From positions 22,058-55,422 of the forward strand of contig PLCF01000054.1 of NCBI GenBank assembly GCA_003135555.1: 33,365 nt of DNA, in the 5' to 3' direction. Below the pieces are notes generated by a model that saw nothing but the letters and a program-made list of their open reading frames with translations, made no database searches and was not told the origin of the DNA. The translations under genes were made by a program, and so were the position numbers. This DNA comes from Vulcanimicrobiota bacterium (lineage in GTDB: Bacteria > Vulcanimicrobiota > Vulcanimicrobiia > Vulcanimicrobiales > Vulcanimicrobiaceae). This document shows, piece after piece, positions 20,513-27,771 of this stretch; the first letter of the stretch is position 1; every line of letters begins with the position of its first letter.

Positions 20513-21235
20513 GTGAAACGCGCACCGCTGCCGGGAGTCGACCTCATGCTCTACGCCGCTGCGGTCCCGCTGTTGCTGCGCAATCCGTCGATCGTGGTCA
20601 TCCCGTTGCTCATGGCGGTGATCGGGGTGTTTCTCGGGGTCGTCATGACGCCCGGCGGCGGCGGGATCGAGGCCGTGACGCAGAACCTCGCGCAGCTGAT
20701 CGGTTTTCTGCTGACGCTGTTCGGGCTGGGCACGGCGTGCATCATCGCCGACGACGCCTGGCGGCACGGCCAGGCATCGTTCGATCGCGGCTGGACCGAA
20801 GCGCGCCGGCGCGGCGGCGAGATCCTCATGGCCTCGATCGGGTTCGGTTTGCTCGTGACCGTCGGGACGTACGTGGCCGCATGGTTCGGCGTGATCGGCC
20901 TGCTGCTGACGCTGGTCATCATCGTGTTCCTGGTTTGGACGATCCCGGCCGCTGCGGTCGGGGGGGTCCCCGGCGGCGCGGCGATCCAAGTCTCGATCGA
21001 CCGCGTACGCGCGACACCGATTCCCGCCGTGATCGCGACGATCGTCGCCGTCGCGCTGCGGGGGTTCGTCGTTCCGTACGCTCAGGCCGGTCTGGGTGGA
21101 TGGCTGGTGTCATTGGGCTGGGGCAGCACGTTACTCTATAGCCTCGTCGGCGCGCTGCTGCAAGCGATCGCGATCGCGTACATCGCGCTGGTGATCACCA
21201 AGACCTACACCGACTCCGGCGCACGCCGCTGGTAG
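20513..21235 (+). CDS. Multi-pass membrane hypothetical protein
   Basis: GTG after GGAG. About six hydrophobic segments; no recognisable catalytic motif. Confidence 0.75.
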   Translation: MKRAPLPGVDLMLYAAAVPLLLRNPSIVVIPLLMAVIGVFLGVVMTPGGGGIEAVTQNLAQLIGFLLTLFGLGTACIIADDAWRHGQASFDRGWTEARRRGGEILMASIGFGLLVTVGTYVAAWFGVIGLLLTLVIIVFLVWTIPAAAVGGVPGGAAIQVSIDRVRATPIPAVIATIVAVALRGFVVPYAQAGLGGWLVSLGWGSTLLYSLVGALLQAIAIAYIALVITKTYTDSGARRW

Positions 21236-21244
21236 CATACGATC

Positions 21245-22249
21245 TTACCGCGTCGAAGGCGCTAGCGCCATGCGCACCAGGTCGGCGACGAGCGGCGGGC
21301 TGACGTTCGTGCGGGCGATGCGCTCGGCATCACCAATCGCGGCCAGGAGCTTCGCGAACGCAGCCGGCTCCCGTGCGGGCAGCGTCTCGAGCCGCGAGCG
21401 TTGATCGCGCGCCAGCAGCGGAACGCTCGCGCCCAGCCCGAGCGCGATCCAGTCGCGTGCCAGCGTCTTGACCGTCTCGAGCCCGGCTTCAAGCGTCGGC
21501 CGCGTCGCCCAGCCGGCGGCGTCGGCCTCGGCACCTTGCGCGGCGGCGAAGAACCACTCGACCGCGGCGCTACGGGTCGATAACTCACCCTCGTCGAGGA
21601 CGGCCAGCGCGCGTGCGACGCTGCCGCCGGCGATCGTTGCCGCAGCCTGCGCATCGCCCGAAGCGAGTCCGCGCCGCTCGAGGACCTCGGCGACCTCGCG
21701 CTCGCTCAGCAGCGGAAACGTCACCTCCACCAAACGCGAGCGAATCGTCTCCAGCACGCGGCCGGGCGCGCTCGTGGTGACGATCAGCACCACGTGCGCG
21801 GGCGGCTCCTCGAAGAACTTCAGCAGCGCGTTGGCCGCTTCGCGCGTGAAGTCGGCGTCACCGAGGATGAAGACGCGCTGCCCGCCGGCATACGAGTGCA
21901 GCGAGAGCTGCCGGACCAGATCGCGCGCCGTCGCTTCCTCGTTGTCGTGAAAGCCGCCGCCGCCGCCGTCGCGGTCGCCGATCTTGACCTGACCGTCGGA
22001 GAGGTAGAGATCCGGATGCGTCCCGGCTTGGACGCTCGTGCAGCCGGTACAGGTGCCGCACCAGCCCAACAGGGTGCGCTTGGGCGTCGTGCACAGCAGC
22101 GACCGGGCCAGAGCGCGCGCGAAGGTCTTCTTCCCGATCCCCTGCGGCCCGGTGAAGAGATAGCCGTGCGAGAGCGTCGCCGCGGTGAGGCGCTCGAAGA
22201 ACGAGCGCGGGGCGGCCGCGCCGACCACATCGAAGGTTCCCTCGATCAC
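21245..22249 (-). CDS. holB: DNA polymerase III delta-prime subunit
   Basis: HGYLFTGPQGIGK, CGTCTGC, HPDL, AANALLKFFEEPP, TIRSR. Downstream of tmk. Confidence 0.9.
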   Translation of the reverse strand: MIEGTFDVVGAAAPRSFFERLTAATLSHGYLFTGPQGIGKKTFARALARSLLCTTPKRTLLGWCGTCTGCTSVQAGTHPDLYLSDGQVKIGDRDGGGGGFHDNEEATARDLVRQLSLHSYAGGQRVFILGDADFTREAANALLKFFEEPPAHVVLIVTTSAPGRVLETIRSRLVEVTFPLLSEREVAEVLERRGLASGDAQAAATIAGGSVARALAVLDEGELSTRSAAVEWFFAAAQGAEADAAGWATRPTLEAGLETVKTLARDWIALGLGASVPLLARDQRSRLETLPAREPAAFAKLLAAIGDAERIARTNVSPPLVADLVRMALAPSTR

Positions 22250-22250
22250 A

Positions 22251-22290
22251 CGAAGTGTGACTCCGTCATGCGAAGCGTGACTCCGTCATA
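22251..22290. repeat. 20-bp tandem duplication between tmk and holB
   Basis: CGAAGTGTGACTCCGTCATG / CGAAGCGTGACTCCGTCATA (18/20 identical). Confidence 0.9.
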
Positions 22291-22906
22291 GCAGCGGCCC
22301 GGCTCTGCGCTCGGCGAGCACGTCGCGGGCCGCGGTGGCGATGCGCTCGGGCAGCTGCGTTCCGTCCAGGACCACGAACCGGTTGGCGAACCGCTGGGCC
22401 AGCGCGAGATAGCCGTCGCGGACCCGCGTATGGAATGCGGCGTCCTCGCGTTCGAGGCGGTCGGCGCCGCCGCGAGCGCGGACGCGAGCTCGCGACACCT
22501 CGACCGGAAGATCGATCAAGAACGTCAGGTCCGGGGCGATGCGGTGCGTCGCGACTAGGCAGGTCTCCAGCAATGCGTCCACGTTTTGGCCGCGTCCGTA
22601 GCCCTGATACGCGACGGTCGCGTCGAAGAATCGGTCGCACAGGACGACCGTCTTGGCCTTGAGCGCCGGGGCGATGACCTCGGCGACGAGTTGAGCGCGC
22701 GAGGCGTTGAGCAGCATCACCTCGGCGACCGGGTCGACCGCAAACGCCGGGTCGAGGAAAATCGCACGTAAAGAATCACCGAGGGGAGTCCCCCCGGGCT
22801 CCCTGGTGACCAGGACGACATCGCCGCGGGTCCTAAGGTCTTGCGCCAACGCTGCGATGAGCGTCGACTTTCCGGCGGCTTCGATCCCTTCGAAGGTGAC
22901 GAGCAC
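22286..22906 (-). CDS. tmk: Thymidylate kinase
   Basis: GTG start. TFEGIEAAGKST, TREPGGT, LCDRF, AYQGYGRG, DRLERE. Confidence 0.95.
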   Translation of the reverse strand: MLVTFEGIEAAGKSTLIAALAQDLRTRGDVVLVTREPGGTPLGDSLRAIFLDPAFAVDPVAEVMLLNASRAQLVAEVIAPALKAKTVVLCDRFFDATVAYQGYGRGQNVDALLETCLVATHRIAPDLTFLIDLPVEVSRARVRARGGADRLEREDAAFHTRVRDGYLALAQRFANRFVVLDGTQLPERIATAARDVLAERRAGPLL

Positions 22907-22952
22907 CCGGATCTCTTCGCGCTCGCGGCGTCTTGGCCATCGCGGAGGTTCG

Positions 22953-23606
22953 ATGCTCAACGAGTTCGTGAGACGACTCGGCACACGCAAGGCCAACCGC
23001 CGGACCGCCGATCGGGTGCGCAAGCGCTTTCCGGTCGCGTGGCTCCGCGACGGCGAGCTCGTGCGGGGCATAGGCCTGGAGATCAGCGAGAAAGGCGTGC
23101 TGTTCGCGAGCAAGGACGCACCCCCCGGACCCGAAGTCGACGTGGCGCTCGAGCTGGGCGGGCGCCGCGTGCGGGCGCGGCTGAGGATCGCGCGGCAGGG
23201 CCCTATGGCGCGCGACGGCGTGGACTGGGTCGTGGTCGCGGGCGTGTTTGCCGGCATCGCGGCGGACGATTGGGACGCGATCGTGCGGTTTTGCAAGAAC
23301 GTGCCCGAGCCCGCGAACAAGGCCGCCGCGGAGCTCTCCGCGCTAGCGAGCGCCGACGACGACGCGTATCGCCTGCTGCCGCTGCGGATCCAGCAGCGCA
23401 TCGTCGCGGCGCTGGTGGCCGCAGGACGGCTTGCCCCGGGAAGCGATGCAAGAAACCCGCTGTTGCGCATCTCCTACACCGGCAATCCCCGCCCGGGCAC
23501 GCATCGCTTCGCCGTGCACAGCCGGCGCGCGCACGACGGCGACGTCTTGCAGTTCGATTCGTCGGTGACCGTCGACGACGCCGGCCACGTCCATCTCGAG
23601 ACCTGA
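22953..23606 (+). CDS. PilZ-domain protein
   Basis: GGAGG RBS. RRTADR (RxxxR) and EISEKG (DxSxxG-like), followed by a beta-barrel-like segment and an unknown C-terminal domain. Confidence 0.75.
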   Translation: MLNEFVRRLGTRKANRRTADRVRKRFPVAWLRDGELVRGIGLEISEKGVLFASKDAPPGPEVDVALELGGRRVRARLRIARQGPMARDGVDWVVVAGVFAGIAADDWDAIVRFCKNVPEPANKAAAELSALASADDDAYRLLPLRIQQRIVAALVAAGRLAPGSDARNPLLRISYTGNPRPGTHRFAVHSRRAHDGDVLQFDSSVTVDDAGHVHLET

Positions 23607-23668
23607 CTGGCCGGAGCCGGAGCCCGCGACGCGAACATCCGCGAAGCCCCGGCGACGGCCGCCCGCGA

Positions 23669-26362
23669 CTACGGTGCGTCGTGCGCCGCGACCGTGCGCG
23701 GCGCGAGTTTGGTCTTCGGATCGGCCTTACATTGGACTGCGAACTTTCGGCTTGCGCCGTCGATCGTCACCCCAACGAAGAACGCGTGGGTAGAGAGTGA
23801 CGCCGCCGGAACCGGATTCGACTGATCGTTGACGACTTTGTACGAGAAGCGCAACACCGGCTCAAAGGTGGGGCGTCCCCCGAAGTCGAGTCGAGCCTCG
23901 AACAATTTTCCTGGGACGTACGAGCTCCGATTCTCAGCCACGTTCGTGTCGAATGTCGCCGAGGGCTGAACTCGCACGGACGGAAAGCACCAATTCGAAT
24001 AGGTACCGATGGCCTTGACGTCGAGTTGGTTGGACGCCACCGCTTTCTGATCGAACGCCGTTTGGGTCGCGGGCGCTAGACCGGCCTTGACGTCGAGGTA
24101 GAACGCCTTCTGATCCGCGAGCAGCTCGTAACTGAGCTGGCGATTGGGCGATGCCGCGCACTTCGGCGTGGCCGTCGCATCGCATTTCTTGGGGGCGTTC
24201 GTCCAGGCTGGGCCAGCTGAGAAGGTGAAGACGCCGGAGTTCAGCTTCACCGTCGCACTATCGGAGTCGTTCCGCAGCAGCGTGCGCCCCTCGTCCGCGT
24301 CGGTTACGAGCACGCCTGACTGCCGCGCGAACACCGACGTCGCGATGTTCGAGCGCGTGTGCACGAGCGACACGATCGGGGACGCCGTGCCTGCTCCGAG
24401 CTTCATCGAAAAACTCGCGGCCAGAGCGTTGTAACGCGCCTGCACGTCGTCCCAGGAACGGACGCCCGTCAACGAAAGCTCGACCTGGGGATCCTTGTTC
24501 GAGACTCCGGCCGCGACGCGCTGGTACCCCGCTGTCGCGAAGATCGATTTTGTCCCCGTGAACGAGTCGTATTGGGTGCCGAGCGGATCGTAGCCGGCGT
24601 CGACCGCCCGGTAACCCACGCCTGCGAACGGACGCCAATAAGAACCGGCTTTGTTCACCGTATAATTGACGTCGGTCGGAGCGTAGGTCAGTACGCTGAG
24701 CATATCGCGCGCACCGGTATTGTTGCCGAGGAAACCGTACCGGCCGTAGAGCTGGACCGACCGGTCCGGGGACAAGCGCGCGATCGCACCCACGACCGTG
24801 TTCGCAGTGTGAGCGGTGTCGATTTGATACGGATTGGTGACCTGTGCCGGATCCGTGTTGGCAACGACGTGGGTGACTCCGAGCGCGAAGGGGCCGAAGT
24901 CGTGGTCGGCGTGGATGGCCGAACCGGACGCGCCGGCATCGATGTCGCGGTACCAGGCCAGGCCGACACGCGTATCCAGCGGCGCCATCACCAGCTTCGC
25001 ACCGTAGTTCACGCTCGTGATCGTGCTGAAATCGACCGGTTTGAGATCGACTTGGGCGTCGGCGAACTTCGCGCCGACGCCCTTACGGAACGGCGTCGGC
25101 AACACGTCGAAGATACCGGCATCCAAGGTCTTGAACGAGTCGTCCGGGCATTTGCCTTCACAGCCGACGCTTAACGGCTTGGACGCCAACGACAACGCGC
25201 TTTGCGACGCAGTCTGCAGCAGCGCGCTCGCGGCGCCCGATGCGCTTGCATTCTGCTGCAACCGGGCAAGAATCGATCCGACGTCGAGCTTGTCGACGGA
25301 GAAGCTCGCGCGAACCGCGTTGGGGACGATCGGGATGACCGCAGTCCCGCCGTAGAGGCCGCCGGCGCTCGTCTTCGGCTTCGGACTCGCGGCCGGGGCG
25401 GCGCCCGCCGCCCGCACCGCCCGCGCGCGCGCGCTGGATGCTGCCCCGTCGACAGCGCTACCGCTGTTCCCGGACTGTGTTCCGTCGTCGGCTTGGAAGG
25501 TCCCGCGCGCCCGCTCGCCGCTGGCCTGAGCAATTTGCACGCCCTGGGTGCAGCTCGATGCAGGCGGCTCGCTAGTAGCGAGGTCGCGATCCGAGTACGC
25601 CGTACAGATGTCTACGCTCTGGGCATAGGGCTGCCAGATCGCACCGACGCGCAGGCGCTGGGAAAGCAACGCCCACTGAGCAACCACCCGGCCGCAGAAG
25701 GTTGAGTCGTCGGCGACGGCTTGGCACGTGCCGGCTAGCTCGTCGTCCTTGCCGCCGACGTTCTTATCGCCTTTGGGTCGCACGGCACCGTGGCACAAGG
25801 CACGGTCGGTATCGAAAAACTCGGGGCCGTCAACGAAGCAGTGGCCTTTGAAATTCACGTAGACGATGAACGGACGGGCATCACGCGGGCTGCCATTCGG
25901 ACGCACGACGAAGGCGAAACGGTCCTCCGGCGTGGTGCCGGCCTGGCCCGGGGTAAGAAAGCGCACGCCGTCGGTCGTGCGGTAGCCGGTAAACGCGCCT
26001 CCCGCGCGCGTCGCCATGAAGTCGATCGCGAGGCCGTCCTTGACGACCGATACGCTGGTCGTGACCGCCTTTGTCTGCTGGGATGCGTAGACGATTGACG
26101 GCGTCGGCAGTGGTGGAGCTTTCGATATGCAACCCACTCCCACGCCGTCGCTCCATGTGATCAAGACACTCGCAGCGGGAGCTTGCGCCGGAATGACGCA
26201 AGGGGTCGGAGTCGGGCTAGGCGTCGGAGCCGGATTCGGCGTCGCAGCCATTGCGGGGGGCGTCGCCGCGGCGCTCGGAGCCCGGGCCCCCGCCTGGTAC
26301 GTGCCCAGCGCAAAGATCATCGTCATTGCACTCGCAGCAATGATCGATCCAACGTACTTCAT
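23669..26362 (-). CDS. Secreted ~897-aa protein, probable outer-membrane beta-barrel with an N-terminal CBM9/DOMON-like domain (DUF5916-like, divergent)
   Basis: GGAGG RBS 5 nt before ATG 26362. Sec signal peptide ending AGARA, Pro/Thr linker, Cys-paired N-domain and a long C-terminal run of amphipathic beta strands (NYGAKLV, GYRAVDAGYDPLG). The family call is tentative. Confidence 0.6.
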   Translation of the reverse strand: MKYVGSIIAASAMTMIFALGTYQAGARAPSAAATPPAMAATPNPAPTPSPTPTPCVIPAQAPAASVLITWSDGVGVGCISKAPPLPTPSIVYASQQTKAVTTSVSVVKDGLAIDFMATRAGGAFTGYRTTDGVRFLTPGQAGTTPEDRFAFVVRPNGSPRDARPFIVYVNFKGHCFVDGPEFFDTDRALCHGAVRPKGDKNVGGKDDELAGTCQAVADDSTFCGRVVAQWALLSQRLRVGAIWQPYAQSVDICTAYSDRDLATSEPPASSCTQGVQIAQASGERARGTFQADDGTQSGNSGSAVDGAASSARARAVRAAGAAPAASPKPKTSAGGLYGGTAVIPIVPNAVRASFSVDKLDVGSILARLQQNASASGAASALLQTASQSALSLASKPLSVGCEGKCPDDSFKTLDAGIFDVLPTPFRKGVGAKFADAQVDLKPVDFSTITSVNYGAKLVMAPLDTRVGLAWYRDIDAGASGSAIHADHDFGPFALGVTHVVANTDPAQVTNPYQIDTAHTANTVVGAIARLSPDRSVQLYGRYGFLGNNTGARDMLSVLTYAPTDVNYTVNKAGSYWRPFAGVGYRAVDAGYDPLGTQYDSFTGTKSIFATAGYQRVAAGVSNKDPQVELSLTGVRSWDDVQARYNALAASFSMKLGAGTASPIVSLVHTRSNIATSVFARQSGVLVTDADEGRTLLRNDSDSATVKLNSGVFTFSAGPAWTNAPKKCDATATPKCAASPNRQLSYELLADQKAFYLDVKAGLAPATQTAFDQKAVASNQLDVKAIGTYSNWCFPSVRVQPSATFDTNVAENRSSYVPGKLFEARLDFGGRPTFEPVLRFSYKVVNDQSNPVPAASLSTHAFFVGVTIDGASRKFAVQCKADPKTKLAPRTVAAHDAP

Positions 26363-26394
26363 GCTCACCTCCGTCAGGAACGAGCGATGATCGA

Positions 26395-26430
26395 ATCATC
26401 ATCGACGGCGGTGACAAGACGGTTACAAGG
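26395..26430 (-). promoter_or_regulatory. Putative SARP-type operator/promoter of the 897-aa gene
   Basis: CGGTGACAAGA/CGGTTACAAGG direct repeats at 26409 and 26420 (11-bp period). On the minus strand they are followed after 8 bp by GATGAT (26400-26395). Confidence 0.6.
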
Positions 26431-26458
26431 TGCGCCGCGCTAGGTGATGCGCCGCAGG

Positions 26459-27658
26459 CTAGCGATGCCGCTCGAGCCGAGAATGAACTCGCCCATCGAG
26501 CGACGCATAAGCGAGTGACCCTGCAAGGTTGATTTGGACGAACGGGTAGAACGGAGACATCGATTGTCGACAGGGCCGCCATACCAGCGTAGGATGGAGC
26601 GTGTAGCGCCGGTCCGGAATCACCAAAACATCCAAATTGTGCGTCTGGCTTGCATACCGGGCCAGCGCGGCTTTGGCGAAGTCGTACATCTGAGATGGCC
26701 CAGGAACGTCGGACCGCGGGGCCTGCAAGCTCAGGAACCGCCCATCGGCGCACCCGACGCGGACGTTAGCTACAGGCTCGTGACCTCGCCGCAGCATCAC
26801 GAGGTAGTAAGGCTCCGAGCTTCCGAGTTGACCGTTACCGGGCCGCTCGGCGATCGTGTAGACATCCTCGGGGCGTGCTTCCACACCAGCAACCGCTGCC
26901 GCCAAGGGTGAACCGGGATCGCGAAGACCGTACCGCTCGATGCCGGCCATCGCTGCCACGCACGCTTCAGGCTTGCTGAGCACGGAGCCAGCCGGTACGA
27001 CCTGCGGCGGAACGTCGCTGATGGATCCACGGAGCGGGCCCGAGGCTTGAGCCCCCCGACGGATCGATACGAACGTCCCTCGGCGCGACGGCGAACGCCA
27101 GTAAAAGTTCAGCCACTCATACATGGTGACGAATGTATTTCCGCTTCCGTAGTCGGTGCTGCACCGGGGTGGAAAAACGCCGCAGGTATCGTCGATTTGG
27201 TGCGGCCTTGCGATAACGCGTCCGGATTCCGGACATGGGAACCGCGGATTCTGCGGCTCAGGATCGTGGATGAAAAACCCCATGACGCCGCTGGATGCGC
27301 TGCTCGGATCACCGTCGTAGGAAACACCGGTGACCGCGATCCAGTGTCCGCCATCGAGCACCAGAGCGGGTACGGCGGGTCCGAGCTCAGCAATCCCGCC
27401 GGAAATGCGGAGAACCCCGTCTCGCGCAGTGAGATCGCTGCAAACACCGAAATCGGCTCCGCCGGATGCCGGATTCAAATTCAGGCAAAGTTCCTCGGGA
27501 GTCGTGTCGGGGTGCTTGATACTCGCCTGTCGGCGCATGGTGCGCTGGTCACCGAGGTCACGTCCCAAAGACCCAAGCACCATTTGCGCGACGGCCTGGC
27601 CGCAGAAGTCGTAACCGTCTTGCTGATGATACGGCGCACCGGAGTAAACGACGGGCAT
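26459..27658 (-). CDS. Stand-alone C39-like/papain-fold cysteine protease with an unknown C-terminal domain (399 aa)
   Basis: GGGGAG RBS, ATG 27658. PYHQQDGYDFCGQAVAQMVL (Gln13/Cys19), GGHWIAVTG (His), FIHDP (Asp). No signal peptide, no ABC domain. Confidence 0.75.
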   Translation of the reverse strand: MPVVYSGAPYHQQDGYDFCGQAVAQMVLGSLGRDLGDQRTMRRQASIKHPDTTPEELCLNLNPASGGADFGVCSDLTARDGVLRISGGIAELGPAVPALVLDGGHWIAVTGVSYDGDPSSASSGVMGFFIHDPEPQNPRFPCPESGRVIARPHQIDDTCGVFPPRCSTDYGSGNTFVTMYEWLNFYWRSPSRRGTFVSIRRGAQASGPLRGSISDVPPQVVPAGSVLSKPEACVAAMAGIERYGLRDPGSPLAAAVAGVEARPEDVYTIAERPGNGQLGSSEPYYLVMLRRGHEPVANVRVGCADGRFLSLQAPRSDVPGPSQMYDFAKAALARYASQTHNLDVLVIPDRRYTLHPTLVWRPCRQSMSPFYPFVQINLAGSLAYASLDGRVHSRLERHR

Positions 27659-27771
27659 ATCTCCCCCAATCCGACGAATGTGAGCGGGCAATAAAAACGG
27701 TGATCGAACGGCCGGCGTCGTAGAACGCCCCACCTGCGACAAGCCTCCACCGGGCGGGAGCGATCGAGATC

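Noticed and set aside
26431..26470. Imperfect TGCGCCGC..GCTAG repeat at the protease stop
   Set aside because: Two short degenerate copies only; no array structure or evident function.
27686..27715. Third SARP-type operator upstream of the protease
   Set aside because: There is a single CGGTGA half-site at 27698. No good partner at 11-bp spacing and no matching -10 placement.
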